Below, in pieces: positions 25,612 to 38,896 of a stretch of DNA of 64,000 bases. The position numbers were made by a program, and so were the translations under genes. A model generated the notes under the pieces. It was given only the letters and a program-made list of their open reading frames with translations, did not search any database and was not told where the DNA came from. Each line of letters begins with the position of its first letter. Position 1 is the stretch's first letter. The stretch spans positions 17,422,001 through 17,486,000 of the forward strand of contig OX638155.1 of NCBI GenBank assembly GCA_951804945.1, read 5' to 3'. The stretch comes from Podarcis cretensis. Its lineage: Eukaryota.

Positions 25612-26578
25612 CAACAGACCAACCTTAACTTTTCTATATTTAAATCCGAAACTGGATTTAACATCGTAAGTGCAGACAAAAACTCACCACACTGCCAAAA
25701 ATGAATCAATTTTGCTCCAACCTGTGCAGCACAGCTTCTTGCAGAAGTTGCTATTGAGAGAAGAATGGCAAGCACTTTGCTTCCTGCTCTGCCATTTCCC
25801 CTAAAGGGAATGGAGGTTTAGCAGATATGGTCCACAGAGAAAGAATTGGAACCAGGTCAGAAGCAGGAGAGGCCAAGATAAATTGAAAGAATGATTGCAG
25901 AATGGTAAGATACCAGATGCACATGAGCAGGGGGGAATGAACAATTGCCAGCATTTCTCCAAAAACAAACAGAAAGCATCAAAAGTCGATCATGTTAAGC
26001 ATGTGAAGTCTTGATGGAACACATGCCATTATGAGAAATAGATTGGTCTTGAGCTCTGCCATACTAGAGAACATGTTCCAGGAACAGCAGCTGAGATGGC
26101 TTAATTACAGAGCTGGGTATTAGATGTTGGCACTGTAATCACCACCATAAACTGGGAAAGAGGCTATTTTCAGTGTGAAAATATCAGAATGCTGTGCTTT
26201 CTGCCTTCTGTCCATCATTACACGCATGATATATATAAGCCACATGCAAAACCTTCACTGAGAAGATTAAAGCATTTTGTATGGCTAAAATCAATCCTTC
26301 TTCCTGTCTGGTTTAAAATGAAAATATGCTATAATACCTGCTATGCAGAAATGTTCAGATACATTTAATAGACATGACTGATATCCTCTTAAGGCTATCG
26401 AGGCTAACAAATGTTGATGAATATGTTTTTAAAAAAACAAATCCAGATTAATTGCACTTCTTTCAGGATATATTGTCTTCACGATCCGCACCCAGTCTTA
26501 CATTGAAACCTTAGAGCAGTATATTAGTTCACATTTTTAAGGTCACTCTAACCATGACCTGGGAGCTTCATATTGGAC

Positions 26579-26846
26579 TAGAGCTGGGCGATATTTGGTT
26601 TTCAACATCATGATATATCACCACCTAAATATCGCGATTTTCTATTATATCACAATGTCTGAAATAAGGATGGAGCTATGTAGAAGCATTGGTTGGTTTC
26701 ACGGTTTTCCCCACATTGTGATTTTTGCATAACACACACACACACACACACCATGATTCACAATATATTGCCAGGTCAAAAATGATGAAATAAATATCAT
26801 GATATGGACTTCAAACCGGTTTGGGATGATATAGCACCCAGCTCTA
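26579..26846. mobile_element. hAT-like element with TAGAGCTGGG TIRs
   Basis: TAGAGCTGGGCGAT / CCCAGCTCTA; GATAT-rich subterminal motifs; no TSD. Confidence 0.6.
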
Positions 26847-26953
26847 AAACACATCACGATTTGTTATATATTGCCAGGTCAAAAATTATGAAACTGATAT
26901 CACGATATAGACTTCAAACTGGATTAGGACAATATATCAATATATCACATAAC

Positions 26954-26955
<2 letters not shown>

Positions 26956-26993
<38 letters not shown>
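26956..26993. repeat. (GT)n microsatellite
   Basis: Direct reading. Confidence 0.95.
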
Positions 26994-26994
<1 letters not shown>

Positions 26995-27964
26995 GCTGAA
27001 AAAGTAGCTGGGGTATCACTCTTGGCCACTGCACTCCATCTGCAGTCTAAATCCTCACACATACACACCAAACTGCTATTACCACACAGGTTTTCCACTT
27101 TGGGGTTAATAGCACCTTTGTGGCTAACAGAGTCATCTGGTGCTCTCTTTAATGTATTTTCAGTGATAGGAAAATACATTTTTTGTTCTCCAAGGCCATT
27201 CAACTCCTCTCTAGTGTCCTTCACCAACCTGGTGCCCACCATAGGCGTTATAGGCCAAAACATCTGCAGAGCACTAGGTTGGCAAAGACTGCTTTGAAAT
27301 CATTGATACTATTTTGTTTTGGCTTCTGCAAAGTAAACAGCAATTTGGCTGGTTTTAGCTTTTGTAACTGTAACTGTGAGCTTTGTTGGATGGTTTCCTG
27401 GAATTTGATTTGTGGCTGTCCCTGGTCCCTTCCAGACAACCTGTTTACTGAACATTCCTCCTGACTTGTTTACGGGGAGGTAGCGGCTATTACATCGAGC
27501 CAAAAGTTCCATTTTCCCATCAGTTTCCTTACCGCAAAATGTTCCGTTTTGGCGAGAGGTTGAGTTTGTTGCACAAGAGCTCCATATCAGCATTAATTGT
27601 GCAATCTGTATTTGTCAGTATGGGACTGAATCCCACCTGGAAAGAATAATGGTCTAGAAGCACTCTCTGTTGGATTTTACGGCCAGGTTTTATTGTTTGG
27701 CTATTGTTGGGGTTGGCTTTCTTGATTTATGACTTTCTTGAATTATGTGGTATGTTTTAGCACTGTCCACTTTACTATTCACATCACCTAGAGAGTACTT
27801 CGTATTAGACTACTCATAATCTAGAATATATTTATTAGTTAGTTTGTTTATTATTGGGGGTTTAGATTGAAGTTGCAGTGAGGGGCAAAAAGTTGCATCT
27901 CCTCCTCCCCACCCACCACAGTCCTACTTTTTCCGTGAAAGAAAGGCTCCCACATCACATCTAG

Positions 27965-28317
27965 GGTAAAGGGGTAAATGGGACCTCTGACCATTAGATC
28001 CAGTCGTGGCCGACTCTGGGGTTGCGGTGCTCATCTCGCTTTATTGGCCGAGGGAGCCGGCGTACAGCTTCTGGGTTATGTGGCCAGCATGACTAAGCCA
28101 CTTCTGGCGAACCAGAGCAGTGCACAGAAACACCATTTACCTTCCCGGCAGAGTGGTACCTATTTATCTACTTGCACATGCTTTCGAACTGCTAGGTGGG
28201 CAGGAGCAGGGACCGAGCAACGGGAGCTCACGCCATCATGGGGATTCGAACCGCCGACCTCCTGATCGGCAAGTCCTAGGGCTCTGTGGTTTAACCCACA
28301 GTGCCACCCACATCCCT
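27965..28317 (-). mobile_element. Sauria SINE
   Basis: Consensus match; TSD ACATCTAG at 27957-27964 and 28320-28327. Confidence 0.9.
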
Positions 28318-28802
28318 TGACATCTAGTTTGGCTATATAAACAAGCTCTTTCAAAGAAAAGTTGGGTGACACTGTAATCTTGGGGGGGGGGTGATTGCTA
28401 CTGCTTCACAGAGGGGATTGGTTTTCTCTCTCCCCATTTTGCCTCTTTTTTTTTGAGGGGTGCTCTGTCCCCATGCGAGCTACCAGAATTACTTCACTCC
28501 ATTTGCTTGCATTGGATTGGGGTGAATATATTGTGGAACCTCCTTTTCTAAACAGTCAGATTTTGTGTACTCTGGAAAGGAAATCTAAGGGTCAAAGGCT
28601 CGCATCCAAATCAGACTCAGATCTTCCAAACTCCCCAAGTCTGAACTAAGCTTGGATGAACTCTCCCACCATGCCTAGTGGAAATCCAGTCTGATGTATG
28701 GTACATAGTCTTCAGATGGTAATTTAGGAAACTGTGATGATGTTTTCAGATGACAATCCAGGAAGCAGAATAATCACTACTTTGATTGCTGATGTATTCT
28801 TA

Positions 28803-29175
28803 CATCTCCTGGTATGCCCCGCGGAGGATCTTAAGGTCCACAAATGACAACACTTTGGAAGTCCCAAGTCACAAGGTGGGTTAGATTGGTCTCAACTAGG
28901 GTCAGGGTCTTTTCCGTACTGGCCCCGACTTGATGGAATGCTCTGTCACAAGAGACTAGGACCCTGCAGGACTTGACATCTTTCCGCAGGGCCTGCAAGA
29001 CAGAGCTGTTCCGCCTGGCCTTTGGTTTGGACTCAGTCTGACCCTTATGTTTCCCTCCCCTTATGGTTTTGATCTATGGGCTACTATTAAAATGAGGCTG
29101 TATTTACTGGTGTTAGCCACCCTGAACCCGGCTCTGGCTGGGGAAGGCGGGGTATAAATAAAAATATAATTATTA
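28803..29175 (+). mobile_element. L2-clade LINE 3' end (second family)
   Basis: LEVP…RVFSVLAPT*WNAL…FRRACKTELF motif; homologous to 62168-62608. Confidence 0.78.
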
Positions 29176-30477
29176 TCATATCATCTTCTTCTTCTTTTTA
29201 TGTACACAAAATAATTCTGCTCTTGTGATGGAGCTGCTCCAAAGTGGGTATGACAAAAATGTAAGGAGGACTTTCAGATATGCAATACGTCAGCAGCATT
29301 GATGGAGAATGCAGCATTGAGTTTAATGACTGGTTGGAAAAGTCAATGCCATCAGTGAGAAATTATAAGGAACTGCCCATAGTTCTTTTATCTATATGCC
29401 TGGCATGATTATTTCCCATAAAATTAGCAGCAAAGCTAACCTAGTAAATATAGGTTGCCATCAGTTATGGAGAACAGAATGTATGGATTAAGTGATTGAC
29501 TGATTGGACAGGTCAATTGTCTCAAGTAGGGACCTGCAATTACAGGGGACTACCCACAGTGCACTTCTTTCTTTCACATATCTAGCATAACTATTTCTTG
29601 TAAAAATGAGCAGCACAAAAGTAGCACATATATTTTTGAGTGTTGGGGAACAGGCTATTTGCCATGAACCCCCTGACATACAAACACACACATCTATACA
29701 ACAGTGAGGGGCAGCAATGCTCACCCAATCTCCCATCACCGGTGGCACTGGGGTTTGCCCAGGAAGGAGAGGAGAAAGGTGTTGATAGCAAGACTGTCAT
29801 GGGGCAACTAGACTGCAACACCAGACTGGATCTGACAGTGAATTTGAATTGTGCTTACCTTGCCGCAGTCGCAACCCTCCCCCCTCCTGGTAAATTGCAG
29901 CAATGCTGATGATGAAAGGCCAGGTTGGCAATGGTGCCCCTCTTTCCTACTTCTCTCTCTACATTAGAGGTAGTTAGACAGGATGTCCTCCAGATGACTG
30001 ATCTTAGGAGGCCCTTGGCCTCTAAGCCATTGGGTTAAAACAGGGGTGGGAACCTGTGGTGCCTCAATTGTTAATGACCTTCTCATCATGAGTTCTGCAA
30101 CACCTGCTTCCTGCTTTGTCTGGCCTGTTCCCACCTGGCCTGAGATGGTTGTGCTTTGGCTGAATCAAAGCACAAAGGCTAATTCTGCTGCTCAGGATGC
30201 CTAGAAATCTTCAGAGTGGGATTTTGTTCAGGGGCTGCTGCTTGGATTAAGACTTAGCATTGAAGATGTATTATTTTTCTGTTATCTGGATTAGGTTATT
30301 ATTGTTATTATTAGAATTTATGATGGATTATCAGTGGACTCTGATTTTATTGTATGTTTATTACAGTATTTTTAATTAGCAAAAAATATATAGTGATAAA
30401 CAGTAAGCTAAGTCTTGTAAGTGAATTGTGTAAACTGTTTTGAGTATGGTATACTATGGAAAGGCAGCATACAAATA

Positions 30478-30719
30478 CAGTGATACCTCAGGCTAAGTAC
30501 TTAATTTGTTCCAGAGGTCTGTTCTTAACCTGAAACTGTTCTTATCCTGAAGCACCACTTTAGCTAATGGGGCCTCCTGCTGCTGCCGCACCGCCGGAGC
30601 ACGATTTCTGTTCTCATCCTGAAGCAAAGTTCTTAACCTGAAGCACTATTTCTGGGTTAGTGGAGTCTGTAACCTGAAGCTTATGTAACCTGAAGCATAT
30701 GTAACCCGAGGTACCACTG
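30478..30719. mobile_element. Tigger-like MITE, family A
   Basis: TA|CAGTG.TACCTC…GAGGTACCACTG|TA; TAACCTGAAGC repeats. Confidence 0.88.
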
Positions 30720-31267
30720 TAAATTGCTGGGATGCTGGGATTTGTAGCTCAGCAACAGTGTTGGAGCAACATGTTGGCTACCCCTGTCATACACAATCCC
30801 CTACGTTTGTTCTAAATGTTTCTACTATAATTAACATTGGAAGAAACTTAGCTGATATATTTATTATCTACTTGTACACCAGCTCTTCTCCTTCACAGTA
30901 TTTTCAATAACATTACTGAGTTCTGAAAACTACCTTGTATTTCCTAACTGCTTATATTCCTGCCAAGTCCAAATAAACCACAAAACTATTATAAAACAAA
31001 ATGCAGAGTTATAAGCCCCAAAGTATAAATAAATTTATATATTAAAATCAACAGATTTGTATAAAACAGATATATGCATAAAAGTAGCTACAATGAACCC
31101 AACAATTTCCTTAACTTTATTTCTGTTCTTTATTCATAACCGTTATTAAATACTGCTCATTATTTTCTTATTATAGACTCAACCCCAGATTGTCCTCCTC
31201 TGAAATTTCAGCAAGATTCATGTGGCTGCAGCATCTGCAATAAGCATTATCTACATAATGTTGCATG

Positions 31268-31402
31268 CAGGGCTTTTTTTCCAGCCGGAACTCACTGGAA
31301 CTCAGTTCTGGCACCTCTCAGGTAGGCACCATTGCCATTATAAGAGAACAAGGGAGGCATTTGTGGTGAGTTCCAGCACCTCACCTTAGAAAAATAGCAC
31401 TG
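31268..31402. mobile_element. hAT-type MITE with CAG(G/T)GCT(T)n TIRs
   Basis: CAGGGCTTTTTTT / AAAAATAGCACTG; TSD GTTGCATG/GTTGCATT. Confidence 0.8.
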
Positions 31403-31637
31403 GTTGCATTGTTAGATGTTGCCTTCCCATCAGCAGGAAGCAACAGCTTCCTAAAAGATGTCCCACAATAAATGGAGGAAGATTGCTAAGTACAATTTGG
31501 GTAGAGTGTCATAAGCAAACATACTACACAGTTCTGGATAGTCAATTCAGTTCCAGAAAGGCACAATATACTATGTATATATTCACACAATCACTCACAG
31601 ATATCATGGAAGAGACATAACAGCTTTAAGCTCTACT

Positions 31638-32003
31638 ACGCGGGTGGCGCTGCGGGTTAAACCACAGAGCCTAGGACTTGCCGATCAGAAGGTCGGTCAG
31701 AAGGTCGGCGGTTTGAATCCCCGTGATAGGGTGAGCTCCCGTTGCTTGGTCCCTGCTCCTGCCAACCTAGCACTTCAAAAGCACGTCAAAGTGCAAGTAG
31801 ATAAATAGGTACCGCTCTGGCAGGAAGGTAAACAGCATTTCCGTGCGCTGCTCTAGTTCGCCAGAAGCAGCTTAGTCATGCTGGCCACATGACTCGGAAG
31901 CTGTACGCTGGCTACCTCAGCCAATAAAGTGAGATGAGTATCGCAACCTCAGAGTTGGTCACGACTGGACTGGTCAGGGGTCCCTTTACCTTTACCTACC
32001 TTT
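31638..32003 (+). mobile_element. Sauria SINE with a 12-bp internal duplication
   Basis: Consensus match; TCAGAAGGTCGG repeated twice at 31685-31708. Confidence 0.9.
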
Positions 32004-32965
32004 CACATTAGAACACAAGGATGGGGACCTGCCCACACAACATGTTACTGAACTCCAACTCCCATCAGTTCCAGGCATCTTGGTTAATTGTTGGGCATGC
32101 TGGAAACTCTAATGCAACTATATGTGCAGAGCCACAGCTCATACACTGCATATTGCAAATCAAGAAGGGAGTAAAATGAAAGCTTGATGCTATCGAAGTG
32201 AGTCTTTTCCACCCAAAAATAACATGCAAAATGTCTAAACATCTAGCTAGGATTTTAAAAAATATTCCTCAGCCATTCTTTCCAAAATGAGTTCATGATA
32301 GTCATGAATCAAGCCCACAGTAGATCTGGAACTGATGACCAGGCAGGAATTTTACACTCGCTTCTGATACTTTGAACTATTGTGTTCTCATAACAAAAGA
32401 AAATAGGTCCTGTGAGACACAGGCCTACCCAACCTTCAATAAATCTACACTGTATTCCAGTGCAATGCCTCCTTGGTCACACAATATAATCTCCAATCCC
32501 CATTTCTTTCTGAGTATAGACTGGGAGGTCATGGATACTGTAGTCAAATAAACATGTTATCATTTCAAATAAGTATGTTTGAATTAATATATTTTTGCCA
32601 CCCTCCCCCCATTTGAGAAATTAGAAATGCTCTTTCTGTGACATTTCGCAGAGGGATTTCCAAGTCAACACATTCAGGAAATGTAAATTTGGGTGTACAT
32701 ATGGGAAGATAACTGGGAAGCTAATAATTGGTGAAACTGGTTACATACATTTGTGTATAGAGGAGATGTAAGCTTTTTAAGAAAAATGTTATATATTTGT
32801 TAAGTATATTATGTTTCATAGGTTTCAAACATGCTATGAATGCTCTTAACAAATTGGATATTAGTTTAATAAACAGTTGTTTCTTGTTCTGATAACTGTG
32901 TGCCCCAGAGTGTTAGGTTGTTTGCAGCACATACAACATTTGCAAGAAGAAAAGATGTTCGTTAC

Positions 32966-33193
32966 CTTTCCAACATACTGAGGATCTGGTCCAAAGTGCT
33001 CTTCTAAAACAAAGAACTGGTTCCAAACCCATCCACGTTTGGGACGATGGTGAACTTCCGTTTCCCCCTCTATATGTTTGGTTTGGTTTCTGGTCACCTT
33101 GATGGAGCCATGATGTGCAGTTCCACAACACCTCTGCACAAAACAGAGACAAACTAGGACTGGGCAGATACAAGATGTGCTCGTAATTCTCAT
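32966..33193 (-). CDS. CDH18: Cadherin-18, first coding exon (signal peptide, short prodomain, RPKR cleavage site, start of EC1)
   Basis: Translation [76 protein letters not shown] is nearly identical to the amniote CDH18 N-terminus as recalled. It has the type II cadherin GWVWNQFFV motif. The 228 nt end at a phase-0 donor AAG|GTAAC (intron starts at 32965). Confidence 0.96.
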
Positions 33194-33459
33194 TGTAGGA
33201 TCGCTTTCCAGTTCAAGGTGTTTTCTTCCCCTTTCACCTCTTTTGCCTTCCCGCTATAATCCGTTAGTAGGCTCCCATGGAAGAAGGAAATAACTGATTT
33301 AACAAAACAGTCCAGAAAGTTTCTTTTAGCCTGTCCATGGTTCAGCTCCTCATTGGTCAGAGACTGGGTTCATTTACATCATGAAAAGCAAAGTGAGGAA
33401 GAGGCTGGGGTTTATTCTGTGATCTTCACAATTGACTGTTGGAGCCACACATTTTATAC
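33194..33459 (-). other. CDH18: 5'UTR portion of the CDH18 exon, with several uORFs
   Basis: A long polypyrimidine tract and acceptor TTCTCCTTTTCTTTCCATTAG|G lie at 33460/33459. The sequence is repeat-free down to the ATG at 33193. Confidence 0.8.
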
Positions 33460-34406
33460 CTAATGGAAAGAAAAGGAGAAAGAGAGAGAGGGGAGAAAAA
33501 AATACTTTATCACATCACTAAGAACAGTAATTTCAGATTTTTGACCTGCAGTAATGATGTACTTATTACCGCATTAAAAGGTTCTGCCAAGAGAATGCCC
33601 TGCAGCAAGCAACATTCTTTTTAACCTTTTATAGAAACTGTGTGTGTTTATGCATCTTAAAATTAGTGTGGTGTTTCAATAGGTGCAGATGGCAAGAGTA
33701 GACTAGCACAATATCCTGCAAGTGTGCGAAGCTTTGATACAGGAAATTTATTTTATGTTTTATTTATGAAGATTTATAACCCATCCAAAGCCCTGCAGCT
33801 CGGGCCAGCTAATACAATTTCCTTATCTCGTGCATTCTTCACGAACCTTGTCAAGTAGGCTGCTTTCTAATCACGCTCCCATGAGTGCAGTTCATGCCAT
33901 TCCATCTCAAGAGAGATTAGTAGTACTAGGGAAAGTGCAGAGACACTCAGAACAAATACCCTGGGATGTATCACACTTTCCACATTAGCACAATATGGCT
34001 GAGGTCTATAAAATCATGCCCGGCGAATCGCAAGCACTTGTGAACACCTTGTTAGTTGAGTGATCTTGTCTTGTTGGGCCTGTGAATTGATTTGCAACCC
34101 ACTTGGTTCAGATTAGACCCTTCGCCCTTGCCTCCAGGATATGACTCCTTGGCCATCCCATCATCCTGTGTCACAAAAAATATAGTTCTGCTAGTTCCTG
34201 CTGACAATCATACTTGTCAGGGCACATGGAGAGAGGGGGGGGGGGGGAGAGAGAGAGAGACTCAGATCCTGGGACACAAATTTCCTGCATTGGAATGTTT
34301 TGAGTATTGATATACAGAGAATGCATGCAGAGCACTTTTTCTTTTTCATCTGGGGGGGGGGGGGACAGGCTTTCTGGGTTGGAGTTGGTCTTAGCAGCTG
34401 TAAGAC

Positions 34407-34810
34407 CATGGGCAGGCAAATTAAGGCCCGGGGGCCAGATCCAGCCCAATCGCCTTCTAAATCCGGCCCACGGACAGTCCGGAAATCAGCCTGTTTTTAC
34501 ATGATTAGAATGTGTCCTTTTATTTTAAAGGCATCTCTGGGTTATTTGTTTCGCATAGGAATTCATTCATTTTTTCCCTTCAAAATATAGTCCGGCCTCC
34601 AATCGCCTTCTAAATCCGGCCCACGGACAGTCCGGAAATCAGCCTGTTTTTACATGATTAGAATGTGCCCTTTTATTTTAAAGGCATCTCTGGGTTATTT
34701 GTTTGGCATAGGAATTCATTCATTTTTTCCCTTCAAAATATAGTCCGGCCTCCCACAAGGTCTGAGGGAAAGTGGACCGGCCCCTTGCCGAAAAAGTTTG
34801 CAGACCCCTG
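34407..34810. mobile_element. Non-autonomous hAT element with a 153-bp internal tandem duplication
   Basis: CAGGGGTCTGCAAAC-type TIR; TSD TGTAAGAC at 34399-34406 and 34811-34818; units at 34446-34598 and 34599-34751. Confidence 0.85.
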
Positions 34811-34906
34811 TGTAAGACTATACTACTACTCCAATACAACAGGAAAATGATTATTACATGCACACACACAGACAAACGTACACAGCATGTGGTTGGGAAA
34901 AGAGAA

Positions 34907-34909
<3 letters not shown>

Positions 34910-34945
<36 letters not shown>
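34910..34945. repeat. (TA)n microsatellite
   Basis: Direct reading. Confidence 0.95.
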
Positions 34946-34948
<3 letters not shown>

Positions 34949-35389
34949 TGCATGTATTAGAAAGGAAAAGAAAAAAACAACCACCACACTGTGTGGAAGA
35001 CATTTTGTAATTCTGAGAACTGTATTTACTAGAATGTCAACCACAATAATGTCATGGATCTGTAATAATCAAAAGCTCCTGTAAGAAATCAGGGAGGGTG
35101 AGGGATTGGCAACTGTGTTGAAAACAACTCAGTGGTGATAAGGGGAGGTGGTAGCTTTTTTTGGGGGTATGACATCCCCACCTTTCAGACCCCAAACACA
35201 CTGTATGTCCCCCTCTCTTTGATGCCCGGTTGCTGAGTACTTCTAGGAAACAGATATTTCTGAGAGGAGATTATGGAAGTGTGTTGTTTTTGTGTGTGTA
35301 TGTTTGGCAGGAGAAGAAAGATGCCAATATTCTGGAGAGAGACATGAGAGTTGGGAAAGAAAGAGCATAATACTCTTGTCTTCCTGCAA

Positions 35390-35392
35390 ACA

Positions 35393-35444
<52 letters not shown>
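35390..35444. repeat. Compound (CA)n(GA)n microsatellite
   Basis: Direct reading. Confidence 0.95.
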
Positions 35445-35446
<2 letters not shown>

Positions 35447-36834
35447 TCTTAAAATCTAGCAAAAGCAACTGCTGCAGGAAACAGGTTGTCATGCGCAGGC
35501 CTCCTACACCCATGGGTGCCATTATCTTATGGTAATCATACCTCTGCCCTTCGTAGTGAATTGTTTAACAATCTAATGTGACAAAAGAAGGGGAATGATA
35601 TAATATACTCAATACCCGCTGGAACAAAGTTTGAAGAAACCCATCTTTCCAGGGTACTCCTGGTCAGGTTCTTGAAAACGAGGAAGACAAGTCACAGGAA
35701 TATGCAGGCCTCAAAGTGCCCCAGTTCCAGCATGGCTTATGAATTTTTCTCTCTTGCTCTGTACACATGCTTCAAAATGAAGATTCCCACTGGAACATGA
35801 GGCACTTTTGCAGTGTTTGTGCCGCATCCAAGTACAGTTCCATCAGGCAGCAACAGGGCAGAGAGCAAACACCAGCTCAATCCTTTTCTGCTAACTGCTA
35901 ATTAAGGAGCAAAAAACCCCCAGAGATGCACAGATTTTTCCAATACAAAACAAGTTACAACATAATTTTGGTGCAAGAGCTTCCGCCAAAAGGAAAGAGG
36001 AAAAAATAATTATCTGGATCTACATCTGTATATATTCGCTTGTGCCACTTCACACACAATAACCATCCCTCTGACAACTGCTCTACAAAAGAAGTTATTC
36101 TTTCCACATAATTAGTCTTATAGGATTGATCCTGCTAAGACTCGACTAGGACTTCACAAGTCTGTGGCTCACTGCTGCATTGGGTGGCGGGGGGAGGCTT
36201 AAACTAAAGATGAAGCTAGCAATATTGATTGCATGTGATCTGCTTTCCAGGGAACACAAAATACTGTATTAACCTAGATCACTTAATCATTTGAAACCAG
36301 TATTATATCTGAGGTGAGAAGAGCAAGGGCTCAGTCACATCTCCCTATCCTTTTTCCAATAAATATTCAACATATTATTATCAATAATAAAACCAGCAGC
36401 ACTCAAAGGTTACGAATGGGAGTTATTTCAATCACTGCATGGGTGAGAAGATCTTAAATAATTCAGCTGTTCTACTTTCCTTTTCCTTTTGCATAAGCAA
36501 CACAAAATTACTTCTCCCTAAGCCAAGAACAAATAGAATATGAACACTTGATATTAACTTCTACAAAACGCCATGGAAGAGACACCATTCAGTTCCAGTT
36601 CTCTTGGACAAACAAGGCTTAATAGATAATCTACAACTTCTTCTTTCATGTGCTGGATCACAAATTACACAGAGGCAACATCAGAGCTAGTAACCTGGAG
36701 ACAGGAAAGCAGTTCAGTAGACCCTGGCAAGTTTTCCAGAGGAAACAGGCCAAAGTCAGAAGTGATGTGTTAGCAACTCCTCGTGTCATGTGATTTTGCT
36801 GGACTGAAAAGTTGCAGTATCTGACCATCTAGAT

Positions 36835-36966
36835 CAGCAGTTCTCAACCTGTGTGTCCCCAGATATTGTTGGACTACAACTCCCATCATCCCTGAGCCTT
36901 GCTAGCAAGGGGTGATGGGAGTTGTGGTTCAACCACATCTGGGGATCCACAGGTTGAGAAAGGCTG
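36835..36966. mobile_element. hAT palindromic MITE
   Basis: TIR CAGC.TTCTCAACCT; perfect TSD ATCTAGAT. Confidence 0.88.
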
Positions 36967-37853
36967 ATCTAGATGGTGCTGCTGCTGCAGAGGAGCAAGG
37001 ATCTAAACTCTACTACCTGCTCACTGCTCTGGTGATGCAAGAAGAAGTGCACCTGGGCCTCACTGTCACAGTCCCAAGTCTAAGGTCTGCAGCACTAGCC
37101 ATGGCTTCCCTGATAACAAGTATAGTTAAATGATGCATGGGTTTCCAAACACATGTTTTCCCCACTCACACTTGATATCATTAGGCATGAAACCCAACCA
37201 TGTTGTGCAACAAGAAGACAGAAAATAATAACTGTTGTACTTCCGATTTTATCGCGGGCGGAGACGGGTGCGCTTTTGAGCTCTTGTGAGCTGGAGCAGT
37301 CACTGGATAGATATTGGGGCAACTCAAGGGCTGTCCAACCCCCCTAAGGGGGGAAAAAGATAGTAGACCTATACTAAGCATCCTAGGACAACTCATACTC
37401 CAGTTACTCCACATGCCTTTGGACCCAAGTCCTTTTCAGATAACCAACACAGTTTGACTGAATGTTTGAGGGATCCTGATAACATTGGAAAGCTGAGCAA
37501 CATACTTTGTATGCACATTATGTCTGATATCACAATCTATTGAATGTGCTGAAATATGTGGTGGGGTCCACCTGCCACCACAATCCTGAGTCTTCCCAGT
37601 GCACATTTATTGACAGACACCTCATACAAGCAGGTACACCTACAGAACATATGTAAGAGAGAAACACACTACGAGCAAAATATTAGGGCCCCAGGGACTT
37701 GGACTGACATCACTCACCAGTTGTCCCACTCAGCACTGCCTTCTACGCTGTCCCAGCCTGAAGACACTACTCTCCCATCATTGTCAGTCTGTGAGGATGA
37801 CCACACCTAGACAAGACCATGCAACTGCAGAATCAGTTTTGGACCCTTTAAAT

Positions 37854-37991
37854 CAGGTTTGGGGAACTTTGAGCCTTCCATAAATTGCTGAACTACAACT
37901 CCCATCATCCCTGGCCATTGGCCATGGTTGCTGTGGCTAATGGGAATTGTAATTCAGCAACATCTAGAGGTGCAGTAGTTCCCCACCCCTG
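37854..37991. mobile_element. hAT MITE (older)
   Basis: CAGG..TGGGGAAC TIR; TSD CTTTAAAT/CTTTAAAG. Confidence 0.78.
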
Positions 37992-38896
37992 CTTTAAAGT
38001 TTGCATGCAGCTCTCTCAAAGTGGTGGAGTCACTGGAAGGGAATGCCCTGCCGTGCTTCATCCTTTTGAAAACTGATGACTCTGTCCTTTCACACAACAG
38101 CCAGCAGGAATCCCTGGGAGCTATCCATGGTTCTGATATGCCTTGCCTTGTGCTGAGCCACACTTGGACTTGTAATTGCTACCAAATGATCTGCAGGTGC
38201 CAAACCTCAATAGAATAAGGTACAAATACATGTTACAGTATTTGGGGAAACTACTTCCAGAAGAGGCTCTTGGGAATGCAGAAGCACAAGATGGGTGGAT
38301 GTGTAACCCTTTCCTCACTCATATTTTCCCTGCTCCAAATCACCCCTTCGCAGTATCTTAGCACCCACAAAGTTTCAGATTTGTTTCTCTCATCCACCTT
38401 TCCATCCATGAACAGATTCAAATGACTAAGCTCAGTTATCACTATGTGGTGCATTCAAAGACCATTATACCAGGAAAGCTTTTGTCTGATTGTCTGTGTT
38501 ATGGACAGATCACATTTTTATAGCAGTTTGAGGATACTCTCTTCCCCTCCCTCCTTTGTGTTTACTTCACTGTGTGCTGAAATTGGTCTGGTTGCAAAAT
38601 GGAGCAATTTGGTAGCTGCATTACCACTATGCAGGTGTAATACGTGAATAGGTGAACAGACAGGTGAATAAACACAATCTTAGAAGTATTGTACAGTGAA
38701 ACAAATGCTATAATACGCATACTTGGCTGATAGTTCAAGAGCTGGCTGATCTGCTTCTCTCTGCAATTTTAAGCTGAGTATTGAGGTTCCTGCCTGAGAG
38801 ACAGAGGGATTTTCTGCACCTACCAATATTATAGTGGCATGGTCACTGGGGTTTTTCCAGATTTGGGGGGGATACATATATACAACTTCATTGGTA

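Noticed and set aside
1-32860. Next CDH18 exon (expected to start LHSNSDKGDG)
   Set aside because: Not seen in the ORF track. It presumably lies beyond position 1, and the 236-N gap looks too small to hold it.
32861-32965. C-terminal 34 aa of the CDH18 ORF
   Set aside because: Read-through into the intron past the GTAAC donor.
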